Assembly (NCBI GenBank): GCA_963817895.1 | Contig: CAWFQB010000014.1 | Coordinates: 672,001-736,000 of the forward strand | Reading direction: 5' to 3' | Length of the DNA stretch: 64,000 bases | Source: an uncultured Chthonomonadaceae bacterium | Lineage (GTDB): Bacteria; Armatimonadota; Chthonomonadetes; Chthonomonadales; Chthonomonadaceae | Shown here: piece by piece, positions 54,136 to 64,000 of the stretch | Numbering within the stretch: the stretch's first letter is position 1 | How the letters are laid out: each line of letters opens with the position of its first letter | The notes under the pieces: generated by a model | Told to the model about the DNA's origin: nothing | Databases searched by the model: none | The model's input: the letters and a program-made list of their open reading frames with translations, nothing else | Made by a program: the position numbers and the translations under genes

Positions 54136-55498
54136 TTTTTAGTTGTTTGTGCAATGTACAGGCGAATGTATCCGTCATGCCGCAAACATAATCGGTGAGC
54201 AGCTGCCGTTGACAGTAGATTTTGGGCAGCCCCTCTTTAAGCGCCTCATTGTAAACTTTACGGTAGTTGTTAGACATCATATTGTGAATTTTGCCGGGAA
54301 ATGTTTTCACGCCCCGCCCACCTTCAGCATCTGACGCTCCCTCCCAGAAAATGTCCATCAAATCGTGTATAACCTCCCTGCCCATCACTTCAAGCCGAAG
54401 CGTTTCCTTAGATGTATATACATGCTTCTTCGCAAATTCCTTACAAGCCTCGACAAAGCGAGCGGCCTCACAGTAAGGATCACTAATGAGTTCTTTATGA
54501 TACTCGCCACGCATGATCGTCTCGTAGTAATGCTTGAACGCTTCAATAACGGCAACAACCATCGCGCCTATGCCATTGACGCGGAAATACTGAACGTTTA
54601 CTTCATCATCATTTCCCTTATCCGAAGCAGCCAAACATTTATTTATCATAGGACAGTTATATTGCTTCAATTCCTCTTTGATTGTATTCCAACGTACCAC
54701 ACCTTTCTTGACAGCATCCTCTATATCTACGACAGAGTAGACAATATCATCGCTTGCTTCAACGAGGTAAGTAATCGGGTTACGCGCTTCGCCAGTTCCG
54801 GTTGCGGCACGAATCTCTTCAATTACCCTGTTTTCCGAGGCAAAGTAGCCCGGCTTTTTCTTTTCCTGCTCGGCTGTGATTTTATCCGAAGCGGCAATAT
54901 ACTTGCACACAGCAGAGAGTGTGCCATACGTAAGGTTCAGGCCGAAATAATCCTCCAGAATTTGCAGACGAGCAATTAGGCGCAACGTTTGCGCGTTGCC
55001 TTCAAAATTCCAGAAATCGTTCGCAAGCTGTTCTGAACGATATGTTGCTACAGACGCATTGAATGAGTGTGCAAAATCTCGAACAGGATCAAGACTGAGC
55101 GGATACAATTTATGGAACCAACTGCTAATTGCCTGTTCGCCAGCGTGACCAAAAGGCGGGTTGCCAAGATCATGAAGTAAGCCGCAAGTAGCGGCAATAA
55201 TTGGAATTTCTTTCGCCTGTGATAAAGGTAAACCCTCTTTCTGCATAATCCACTCTGCCGCTTTACCTGACAAATCGCGGGCGACAGTGGACACTTCAAG
55301 CGAATGGGTAAGACGAGTTCTCACGGCATCGTGTGGCTCCAAAGGAAACACCTGCGCTTTGTCTTGTAAGCGACGTACAGGCGTGGAGAAAACAGAACGA
55401 TCATAGTCTCGCTCGAACTCAGACCTGAATTCTCCACTTCGCTTTTGTGTTCCGCGTCGGCGTTCGCTATTTAGAAGTTGGTTCCACTGCATTCTCAT
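54128..55498 (-). CDS. dgt: dGTP triphosphohydrolase (HD family)
   Basis: RLQDKAQV, RTRLTHSLEV, HDLGNPPFGHAGE, FEGNAQ, KY, EASDDIVYSVVDIED, DYVCGMTD. Confidence 0.93.
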   Translation of the reverse strand: MRMQWNQLLNSERRRGTQKRSGEFRSEFERDYDRSVFSTPVRRLQDKAQVFPLEPHDAVRTRLTHSLEVSTVARDLSGKAAEWIMQKEGLPLSQAKEIPIIAATCGLLHDLGNPPFGHAGEQAISSWFHKLYPLSLDPVRDFAHSFNASVATYRSEQLANDFWNFEGNAQTLRLIARLQILEDYFGLNLTYGTLSAVCKYIAASDKITAEQEKKKPGYFASENRVIEEIRAATGTGEARNPITYLVEASDDIVYSVVDIEDAVKKGVVRWNTIKEELKQYNCPMINKCLAASDKGNDDEVNVQYFRVNGIGAMVVAVIEAFKHYYETIMRGEYHKELISDPYCEAARFVEACKEFAKKHVYTSKETLRLEVMGREVIHDLMDIFWEGASDAEGGRGVKTFPGKIHNMMSNNYRKVYNEALKEGLPKIYCQRQLLTDYVCGMTDTFACTLHKQLKNG

Positions 55499-55594
55499 TG
55501 GCTATTCTCCATCCACAAAGTTACCAAAGCATTATACTTCATTCAGGATACAAGAATGGTTAATTTACTACGCCTTGCTTTACGCCCATAAGCA

Positions 55595-56422
55595 CTAACT
55601 GCCGGTCGAGCGATAGTGGCGGACGCCGAAGTTCCAGAGGCGGAAGGAGAGCAACAGGAACAGGACGCCGACAAATGGGGACAGCCACGCGATTACAATG
55701 GCAGATGAATCCGGTTTCATGCCCGCATGATGCAGCAGGACTCGCGACGGCAGGTAGTTGATGCAGGCGAGGGGAATGACGTACGTAAAGAATTTCTGCA
55801 TCCATTGCGGATAGATTTCGAGGGGGTACTGCGCGGTTTCCGTGCCGCCATACGTGACCGTGTTCATGATTTCCAGACCCTCTACCGTCCAAAACGAAAG
55901 GGTTGCCTGTAGTACCTGTAGCCCGTAAAACAGACACGTTCCCCCCACAATGGAGAGCGCGATGAGCAGCAGGCTTGCAGACGTTTGCGCGGAAGGCAAT
56001 TGCATGATGGCCCACGTCAGCACAACCGACGCCTGCAACAATCGCCCGAACCGCATCAACTGCAACTCCTGCGCGGCTACCTGAAAAGCCGTGCTGCGCG
56101 GACGCAACAGCAGCCGGTCGAAATCTCCCGCCTTGACCACATTGCCGAACGTATCAAACCCCCGCCCTGCCGCTTCCGCGATGGCAAAGGCGATGCCAAC
56201 CATGCCATAGAACAGCGCGATTTCCGACAACTGCCAGCCCCGCAGACTGCCGAAGCGGGCAAACAGCGCCCATATTCCCACAAATTCAATGAGGGTCGCA
56301 AACAGGTTCCCGAACGCCAGCATCAGGAAGGAAGCGCGGTACTGCAATTGTCCGCGTATCGAAATCGCCGCATATCGCCAGTACAGTCGCCATGTATCTT
56401 GCAGGGATTTTTGAATAACCAT
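55595..56422 (-). CDS. ABC-2 family permease
   Basis: QYRASF, GDFDRLLLRP, QYPLEIY, G.RHY.STGS. Confidence 0.85.
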   Translation of the reverse strand: MVIQKSLQDTWRLYWRYAAISIRGQLQYRASFLMLAFGNLFATLIEFVGIWALFARFGSLRGWQLSEIALFYGMVGIAFAIAEAAGRGFDTFGNVVKAGDFDRLLLRPRSTAFQVAAQELQLMRFGRLLQASVVLTWAIMQLPSAQTSASLLLIALSIVGGTCLFYGLQVLQATLSFWTVEGLEIMNTVTYGGTETAQYPLEIYPQWMQKFFTYVIPLACINYLPSRVLLHHAGMKPDSSAIVIAWLSPFVGVLFLLLSFRLWNFGVRHYRSTGS

Positions 56423-56426
56423 AATT

Positions 56427-57230
56427 TTACCCTCCCTGAACAACGAGGCGGCGCGTGGCGTTGCGCAGCAGCAGGCGGCCAAGCATGACGAGTATCAGCG
56501 TCCACAAGGTTTGATGCAACAGCGTAGCGGGCAATTGCGCTATGGGAATGTTACCCGTATACAGGCGGAACGGCGTGTCCATCATGGCGCGGAACGGCAG
56601 AAAGTTGACGACGGGCTGCGCCCATGCGGGCATTAGCGGCACAGGGATGAGCAGGCCGGAAAACGTGTACATGACCGTCGGCGCGAGGCGCGTGATGCCG
56701 TCACCCGCAAGCGTGTACAGCAGCGTAATCGTCAGCAGGGTGGAAAACGCGGCGGCAAGGGCAAACGCTCCACAGGTTGCCGCTATCCACGCGACAAAAG
56801 CCGCAAACGTCGGCGGCAGGCGCAGGCCGAAAAACAGACCGGCAACCACAAACATCGGAATGGCGCGAAGCAGGGTTGGCGCGACGCGGGCGGCAAGGGC
56901 GCGGCTGTACCACAGGCCGTATAAATCCAGTGGACGCAGCATCTCATACGCCACGGTTCCCGTCCGTATCATGCTCCGAACATCGGTATCCACGTTCCAC
57001 ATGGCAAGCGCGAACATCGCCTGCGCCAGCCATAAATAACTCACCATATCTTCAAGCGCAATCGGTTGAGGCCGCGTGGTGGACTTGTAGAACGCGGTAA
57101 AGATGGCGACGCGCAGCAGGCCCCAGAACAACTGCGTTCCAAAGCCCGCAATCGCCGCCGCGCGATATTGCAGCAGGGCGCGAAACCGGGCGGCGGCAAC
57201 GGATATGTAGGGGCGCAGGGCGGCAGACAT
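56427..57230 (-). CDS. ABC-2 family permease
   Basis: LQYRAA, IRTG.VAYE.LRP, SGLLIP, LVVQGG. Confidence 0.85.
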   Translation of the reverse strand: MSAALRPYISVAAARFRALLQYRAAAIAGFGTQLFWGLLRVAIFTAFYKSTTRPQPIALEDMVSYLWLAQAMFALAMWNVDTDVRSMIRTGTVAYEMLRPLDLYGLWYSRALAARVAPTLLRAIPMFVVAGLFFGLRLPPTFAAFVAWIAATCGAFALAAAFSTLLTITLLYTLAGDGITRLAPTVMYTFSGLLIPVPLMPAWAQPVVNFLPFRAMMDTPFRLYTGNIPIAQLPATLLHQTLWTLILVMLGRLLLRNATRRLVVQGG

Positions 57231-57231
57231 A

Positions 57232-58221
57232 TCAGGCTTTCCCCTCACTGCTCTTATACAACCGCGCAATGATTTCTTCTATCGGCGGGTTTTGCACGAA
57301 CAAGTCTTTTACATTGTAAGCAGCGGTAATGCGGGCGATAAGGGCAGCGGTGGACACACATTCGGGATCGAAGCGCAGGCGGAATTGGCGTCCCTCCTGT
57401 TTGTCAACGGTCGCGTCCGGGTCGTGAACAATCCCCTGCTCGTCTTCCAGATCAACGATTAGCCAGCGTTCCCGCGTGACGCGCTGCCGCAGATGTTCCA
57501 GGCTGCCGTCGGAGAGTATCTGCCCGCCCCCGATGACAATGACGCGCTTGCACAGAGCTTCGATGTCGTCCATGTCGTGCGTCGTCAAAATCACGGTGAC
57601 GCCGCGTTCCCGGTTCAGAACCTTGATGAAATCGCGCACGGCCAGTTTGGAAACCGCGTCCAGTCCAATCGTCGGCTCGTCCAGAAACAGCAGCGGGGGC
57701 GCGTGAATCAGGGCGGCGGCAAGGTCGCAACGCATCCGCTGCCCTAAACTCAGTTGACGGACGGGCGTATCCAGAAACGACGCGAGCGACAGCAGTTCAA
57801 TCAGTTCGTCGCGCGTTTTTCGGTACTGTTCGGCGGGAACCCGGTAAATATCGCGCAGCAAATCAAAGGACTCGACAACGGGCAAGTCCCACCACAATTG
57901 CGTCCTCTGCCCGAAAACAACGCCGATATGCGCCACATAATCGCGCCGGTCACGCCAGGGCACATACCCTAAAACTTCGCACCGCCCCCCATCCGGCACG
58001 AGGATACCCGACAGGGCTTTGACCGTCGTGCTTTTGCCCGCGCCGTTCGGCCCGATATAGCCGACCAGTTCGCCCGCGTCCAATTGGAAGGAGATGTCGT
58101 TCAGCGCGGTCACAGTCCGGTACTTGCGCGTCGCCAGTCCCCGTATCGCGCCCCACATTCCCGCCTGCCGCTCCGCAATCTGAAACGTTTTGCGCAAGTT
58201 TTCGACAATTATTTGTGGCAT
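57232..58221 (-). CDS. ABC transporter ATP-binding protein
   Basis: GPNGAGKST, LSLGQRMR, FLDEPTIGLD, TTH. Confidence 0.93.
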   Translation of the reverse strand: MPQIIVENLRKTFQIAERQAGMWGAIRGLATRKYRTVTALNDISFQLDAGELVGYIGPNGAGKSTTVKALSGILVPDGGRCEVLGYVPWRDRRDYVAHIGVVFGQRTQLWWDLPVVESFDLLRDIYRVPAEQYRKTRDELIELLSLASFLDTPVRQLSLGQRMRCDLAAALIHAPPLLFLDEPTIGLDAVSKLAVRDFIKVLNRERGVTVILTTHDMDDIEALCKRVIVIGGGQILSDGSLEHLRQRVTRERWLIVDLEDEQGIVHDPDATVDKQEGRQFRLRFDPECVSTAALIARITAAYNVKDLFVQNPPIEEIIARLYKSSEGKA

Positions 58222-58613
58222 CAAAACTCCCGAAGAGATACGAGATACAAGAAGAGGAGAATAGACAGGATTTTCAGGAGGGAACAGGATTTCACTACCG
58301 CGCGCCTTGTTTCCGGGCATTGAAAATACCCGTCTGAGTGGCGTTCCGTCAAGCGTCCTTCGGACGCGATTCACTGGAAAATAAGCATTTGCGTCCGAAG
58401 GACGCTTGGCCGTAGGCCGTGTAGACAGGGGTTTTCAACCCCTGCAAGAATGTGTCCGGTAGTGAGAACAGAATTAGCATCGGTATCTATAACTAACGCG
58501 CAACAAGGCACAGGACGCGCCACTTGTCCTGTGCCTGCAAGCCTTATTTCAGGTACGGTTGTACCAGGCGAGAATATTCTCTGACGACGTTACAATCTCC
58601 TGCTGAATTTTTC

Positions 58614-59141
58614 TTATCGAGATAATTTTTCCAGAATTCTGCGTTCAAAGGCGAGGAGCGTTTGCTTGCGGGAAAGGCCACCACTGTAACCGGTCAGTTT
58701 ACCGTTGGCTCCGACGACACGATGGCATGGCACGACAATGGAAACGGGATTCTGGCCGTTGGCAAGCCCCACAGCGCGGCAGGCTTTCGGGTTGCCGATG
58801 CGCCGCGCCAGTTCGCCATAAGAGATTGTGGCGCCGTAGGGAAGTTTGCGCAGTTCTGCCCACACCTGTTGCTGAAACGACGTGCCTTTGAGATTGAGCG
58901 GCAAATTGAACGTGGTTTGCCCGCCCGATAGATAGGCTTCAAGCTGCTGTTTCACTTCGGCAAAGGGCGCGGCGTTCTCATCGCTTACCCATTCCGCCGA
59001 CGCAGCCGCCTTTTGCTGTATTTCCGCCTGCGCCCGTTCTGACAGGTACAACCCGGTGAGCGCGTCACCATCCGAGGTTAAGAGAACGGGCTGATTCGGC
59101 TGGTCTATGGTGGCATAGATGGTTGTGTAATATGTGGTCAT
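58614..59141 (-). CDS. ogt: O6-methylguanine-DNA methyltransferase
   Basis: GT.FQ..VW, SYGELA, RAVG.A...NP, PCHRV. Confidence 0.95.
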   Translation of the reverse strand: MTTYYTTIYATIDQPNQPVLLTSDGDALTGLYLSERAQAEIQQKAAASAEWVSDENAAPFAEVKQQLEAYLSGGQTTFNLPLNLKGTSFQQQVWAELRKLPYGATISYGELARRIGNPKACRAVGLANGQNPVSIVVPCHRVVGANGKLTGYSGGLSRKQTLLAFERRILEKLSR

Positions 59142-60703
59142 GCGGGTTCCTCCAATGACTTCCACAGGTGCATGGTGGCATACGCGCGCCAGGGACGCCA
59201 CGCTTCCGAAAGAGCCAGCACCCGCTTCGGGTTCGTCTCGCCCAGCGCCTTATAAATGCCCAGGTCTGTATGCGGAAAAGCGTCCGGCCAAGCGAGGACG
59301 CGCATGGCAATATATTGCGCCGTCCAGTCGCCGATACCCGGAATGGATTTCAATTGTATCAGGGTTGGTTCAATGTCCACGCCGGGCGTCAGCGCCAGTT
59401 TGCCTTCCGCCACCATTCGGGCAAGCGCGAGAATGGAATTGGCCCGCGTGGTGATAATGCCAGGCGCGATTAGCTCCGCCGCGTTCGCCTGCGCAACCCG
59501 CTCGGCTGTGGGCGGCAGATGCGTCAGACAGGCAAACGGCGTTGCTACCGGTTCGCCGAACGCGGCTGCAAACCGCCCGGAGATTGTAGTCGCCGCCCGA
59601 ACGCTGATCTGCTGTCCCAAAATGGCGCGTGTCGCCATTTCAAAGCCGTCGAACGCGCCGGGAACGCGCAGGCCGGGGCGGGCTTGCGCCAGTTCGCCCA
59701 GATGTGCGGCAATGTGCAGCGGCGACGCTTCCAGATCGAACAACCGCTTTACTCGCGCAAGCGTGGGCAGGATAACCGGGGCCAGCGAAGCCGACAGTTC
59801 TACGCGCAGCGCGGGTTTATCGGGAATGGGGTCAACGGCAATCCAGCCCCGATGTTCACCGATACCGACCACGCGCAGATAACGCCCCTCATCCACCGTT
59901 TCCACGCCGCTCGAAGACCGCCCGACCAGAAACGCCAGCAACGCCTCCCAATCCAGCGGCGGACGGTACGCCAATTCAAACGTCAAAGCAAAGGAGGAAG
60001 GAGGAAGGAGGAAGGAGGAATCTTCTCCTCCTCGTATTTCGTATCTCGTATCTTGTATCTTCCCTGTTCCCTGCCCTTGCATCTCCCTTTCTCCTTTTCT
60101 CCTCTTCTCCTCTTCTCCTTGTCTTCCCCGGCGCAGTTGGGTCGGGTTCAGGCGATAGCGTTCCTTGAACAGCGCGTTGAAACGACGCAGGCTGGAAAAT
60201 CCACTGGCGGCAGCCACTTCGCTGACAGCCATGTTCGTGTCGGTGAGCAGGCGTTTGGCGAGCAGCAGGCGTTGTGTTTGCGCCAGAGCGACGGGCGATA
60301 CGCCGAATTCCGTTTCAACGACGCGCCGCAGATGGCGGGAACTGATGCCGGTGTCCGCAGCCAGATCTTCCACGCTGCCTTCCGTCAACGCGCCATCTTC
60401 GATGCGTCCGGCAATTTGGGCGGCAAGACGGCTTGTAGCGTCAACACCCGCGTTTCCCGGCGCGCGTTCCGGGCGGCAGCGCAGGCAGGGGCGAAAACCG
60501 GCGCGTTCCGCCGCTGCCGCGCTCGGATAAAAGGCGCAGTTTTCCCGGCGCGGCGTTCGGGCGGGGCAAACCGTACGGCAGTAAATTCCGGTTGTGGCAA
60601 CGCCGACGAAGAAAACGCCGTCGAAACGCGCGTCATGCGTGAGCAGAGCCTGATAGCAAGCGTCTTTATCCAGTGTTCTGGTTACTGCCATGTTGCTTTT
60701 CAT
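59138..60703 (-). CDS. alkA: Ada Zn/AraC domain fused to AlkA DNA-3-methyladenine glycosylase
   Basis: TTGIYC..C, FRPCLRC, AraC HTH, AILGQQIS, GIGDWTAQY, WRPWRAYA. Confidence 0.92.
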   Translation of the reverse strand: MKSNMAVTRTLDKDACYQALLTHDARFDGVFFVGVATTGIYCRTVCPARTPRRENCAFYPSAAAAERAGFRPCLRCRPERAPGNAGVDATSRLAAQIAGRIEDGALTEGSVEDLAADTGISSRHLRRVVETEFGVSPVALAQTQRLLLAKRLLTDTNMAVSEVAAASGFSSLRRFNALFKERYRLNPTQLRRGRQGEEEKRRKGEREMQGQGTGKIQDTRYEIRGGEDSSFLLPPSSFALTFELAYRPPLDWEALLAFLVGRSSSGVETVDEGRYLRVVGIGEHRGWIAVDPIPDKPALRVELSASLAPVILPTLARVKRLFDLEASPLHIAAHLGELAQARPGLRVPGAFDGFEMATRAILGQQISVRAATTISGRFAAAFGEPVATPFACLTHLPPTAERVAQANAAELIAPGIITTRANSILALARMVAEGKLALTPGVDIEPTLIQLKSIPGIGDWTAQYIAMRVLAWPDAFPHTDLGIYKALGETNPKRVLALSEAWRPWRAYATMHLWKSLEEPA

Positions 60704-60858
60704 GCCGACAGTATACAGGTTTACGCGCGTGTTGTCTCGCCATTTTCGGACATCGGAATCAAATTCGGGTATTCTCTATGTTACATCTGGAGTTTAGCCG
60801 CGAAAATACGCGAATACACGCGAATAGGCGAGACTTCTTTCAATGAAGGAACATCTGA

Positions 60859-62604
60859 ATGAACCGTTATCGGCGCTTTGCGCTTCCTATTCGATTGCTT
60901 GTTTCGTTTGGCTTGTGCGTTGTTCAGGGCGGCGCGTGTCCGGCGCAGACATTTTCGGCGGTCCAGCCTGTTCGGTCGGCGCATGGCATGGTGGCGTCGG
61001 CAAGCGGATTGGCGTCACAGGCGGGCGTGGAAATACTAAAACGGGGCGGAAATGCTGTGGATGCGGCCTGCGCAACCGCGTTCGCGCTTGCCGTGACGTA
61101 CCCGGTCGCGGGCAATCTGGGCGGCGGCGGGTTCATGCTGATACGGCTTGGCGGATGGCCGCGCGGTTGCCATTGATTACCGCGAAACGGCCCCGGCAGC
61201 GGCGACAAGCGGGATGTATCAGGACAAGGCGGGCAACATCATTCCCAATGCGTCGCTTGTCGGCTATCGGGCGTCGGGCGTACCCGGAACCGTTGCCGGG
61301 TTGGAACTGGCGCAGCGCAAGTACGGCAAACTGAAATGGCGGGAGGTGATTGAACCGGCGCGGCGTCTGGCGTCAGAAGGTTTTCCGGTCAGCGCGGCAA
61401 TGGCGTCCGGCCTGCGGGGTGAAAAATCTCTGGCGCAGTTTCCCGAAAGCCGCCGCGTTTTTCTGAAGCAGGGCGCATTTTACCAGAGCCGGGGAAACGT
61501 TCCGGCAGCCGGAACTGGCGGCGACACTGGCGCGTTTGCAGCAGATACGGCGCAAAAGACTTTTACGAGGGACACACGGCGGAACTCATCGCAAAGGCGA
61601 TGCAGCGCGAACGACGGCCTGATTACCCGCGAGGATTTACGACATTACAAAGCGGTCGAGCGCGAACCATTGCGGGGAACCTATCGGGGTTATGAGGTTC
61701 TCACCATGCCGCCGCCGAGTTCGGGCGGCATCGCCCTGCTGGAAATGCTCAACATTCTGGAACCCCATGATCTGGCGAAATGGGGGCATGACGCGCCCGA
61801 AACCAACCACCTGCTGATTGAAGCCATGCGCCGCGCGTTTGCGGACCGGGCGGAGTTTTTGGGCGACCCGGATTTTGTCCGCGTCCCCGCCAAAGCCCTG
61901 ATTGCCAAACCGTATGCGGCGGAAGTTGCCCGCAGCATTGATCGCCGAACACGCCACGCCGAGCGCAGAAATCAAGCACGGTCAGCCTGCCGGTTACGAG
62001 TCGCCGCAAACCACGCATTTTTCGGTTGTGGATGCGGAAGGCAATGCGGTTTCCAACACGTACACGCTCAACATGGCGTATGGCAGCGGCGTGACCGTAA
62101 AGGGCGCGGGCTTTCTGCTCAACGACGAAATGGACGATTTCACCAGCAAGCCGGGCGTTCCCAACGGCTTCGGCTTGATTCAGGGCGCGGCGAACGCGAT
62201 TGCGCCCACATAAGCGCCCTCTCTCCTCCATGACGCCCACCATTCTGGTCAAGAACGGCAAACTGTTTCTGGTAATCGGCAGTCCCGGCGGCCCGACGAT
62301 CATCAACACGGTGTTGCAGGTGATTGTCAACGTCGTGGACCACAACATGAACATCGCGCAGGCCATCGCCGCGCCCCGCCTGCACCACCAATGGCTGCCG
62401 GATCAAGTCCGAGTGGAAACCAACGGCCTGACGCCCGAAACCCGCCGCAAACTGGAACAAATGGGACACGTCTTCGCCAAACGCGCCGGACTGCCCAACG
62501 AGCATTGGGGCGACGCGGAAGGCATACTGGTTGATCCTCTCACCGGCAAGCGCTATGGCGCGTCCGACCCACGTTCCCGCGACGCGGCGGCCGTTGGTTA
62601 TTAA
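60859..62604 (+). CDS. ggt: Gamma-glutamyltransferase (several apparent frameshifts)
   Basis: [77 protein letters not shown]. Confidence 0.9.
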
Positions 62605-63125
62605 AGGTTTGTGTTCCCGCACTCGCGGGAAGCCTGTCCTGTTCAACCTGTTCAACCCGGGGCGCGTTGGATAAAAGGGAGAAATATGTAGAGACAGCGT
62701 CGAAATCTTGGCAATGCAGCGCTTCCAGCCCGGTGTCTCGTTGTGTCAGATTTTTTCTAAGGAGGCGTCGTGGCCTCGGAATGGTTACGGTGAACGAGAA
62801 GTATATACAGGCATCTTCTTGCACCTCCCTTCCAGGTTAGATTGTTGAAGAGTGGAGAGTTGATAGCAACTCCGAACTTTCAACATCCCGCCGCCTGGCT
62901 AGTTCGCTCACACTGTTTAGTAGACGTGTGTGCGAAATTGGACGATGCAGATACAGCGAAGTTTCATTTTTGCTGCTGATTACGTAGATATTTTTCTAGT
63001 TTTTTGTGTCTGATTTCTGGCACTGGCAACCAGTAGAACAAATCGGAGCAATATGGGGGCGAACGCCCCACGACAGGATAGTGTTGAGCATTTCAGATGT
63101 GCCAGCCCCGGTGCCTGACAAATTC

Positions 63126-63154
63126 TTGACGCCCTCTCGAAAGCGGCGTACAAT
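63126..63154 (+). promoter_or_regulatory. Sigma70-type promoter immediately before the LexA-like ORF
   Basis: TTGACG - 17 nt - TACAAT, with ATG at 63163. Confidence 0.6.
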
Positions 63155-63162
63155 AATTTATT

Positions 63163-63489
63163 ATGAGAAGCAAAGGCATGATCGCCAAACAAGAAGCCAT
63201 CCTGCGCTACATCCGCGTGTGTACTCAGTAGAATGAATTGCCGCCTACGTTTAATCAGATGATGCAGACGTTCGACCTCGCATCCACGCAGAGCGTTACG
63301 CAGCATCTGGACGCTCTGGAGCGTCGGGAGATGCTTTTGCGCACTCACAAGGCGCGACGCGGATTAAAGGTTACGGAGGCGGGCAAGCGGGCGATAGGCG
63401 AGTACCCGGAGATGCCCGGAACCTTCGCCTACTTCCTCTATGACGAAACGGCGAGGTGTATGGAACCGCTGGAGCGCAAGGCAGTCTGA
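63163..63489 (+). pseudogene. Stand-alone LexA-type winged-helix DNA-binding domain with an in-frame TAG at 63229-63231
   Basis: MRSKGMIAKQEAILRYIRVCTQ*NELPPTFNQMMQTFDLASTQSVTQHLDALERREML..R..RGLKV matches the LexA N-domain pattern; no peptidase domain. Confidence 0.65.
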
Positions 63490-64000
63490 GTTCCACCGCC
63501 CTCTTTTGACTTGCAAGCCGCCTTTTTCTTCACAGAAGAGGCGGCTTGCTGTTTCAGCGCCCTGTTTGCCGCCCAACGTCCGGGCGCGTTCCGGGCAGAC
63601 ATTGCGGAAGACTACGCTTTTCAGAAAGTCTTAACCGCCTGTGTGACGTAGTGAAAGTGGAACACCTGTCAGGGCGCGTTCTGCCCGATTTGCGCAACTC
63701 GGAGTAGGACACGGACGCGAAACGCAAACATGTCAACCATGCCGCGCAGAACTTTGCCGCCCGTTGGCTGGAGTCAGAACTGCGCAAACGCAACTGCTAA
63801 CCTGCCCACTGCCTGCCCGTCTTTGAAGCCGACGGGCAGGCAGTGGGCAGGAATGCAAATAACTTATGACGACTTCAAGCGTTTAGTTGACATAGAAGGA
63901 GTGTTCCTACGCCAGCAATTGTTCATGTTCATCAATATGAAGAATTAATTTTGTTTCGCTGGATAGCTGTTGGTACAAAATTTCAATATTGCTATGTGCT

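Noticed and set aside
53224..55530. gttaccatagc / gttaccaaagc and ttctccat on both sides of the dGTPase cassette as att sites
   Set aside because: They are short, imperfect and in inconsistent order, and no integrase is nearby.
63554..63948. Short ORFs at the window end
   Set aside because: They have no motifs or convincing start signals and cannot be supported.

Overview
This is a GC-rich bacterial chromosome segment. An Armatimonadota-like lineage is a tentative inference from gene content only. Many single-base frameshifts across unrelated genes look like long-read assembly errors. Most genes are housekeeping or metabolic: hom, accB, dusB, GH127, pdxT, sugar ABC components, zwf, inositol monophosphatase, mnmE, ndh, topoisomerase IB, rpoZ-dnaK-dnaJ-prmA, Cof HAD, PPK2, an ABC-2 exporter, ogt, ada-alkA and ggt. 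Two complete IS elements are present. An IS701-family element sits inside an intergenic hairpin, and an IS1-like element with a 9-bp target duplication splits an M16 peptidase gene. The best candidate for an undescribed system is an AT-richer, translationally coupled two-gene cassette at 53317-55498. It encodes an HD-family dGTPase and a divergent class II (CCA/poly(A) polymerase-like) nucleotidyltransferase whose base-selecting RRD motif is replaced, and it may be an anti-phage module. Other notable signals are a shared C-terminal triple-LLR tail on three helical proteins, a lid-less DnaK, an RNA polymerase omega subunit with a long acidic tail, and many short-tandem-repeat hairpins and REP-like elements, some inserted in frame into coding sequence. 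No tRNA, rRNA or CRISPR array was recognised.
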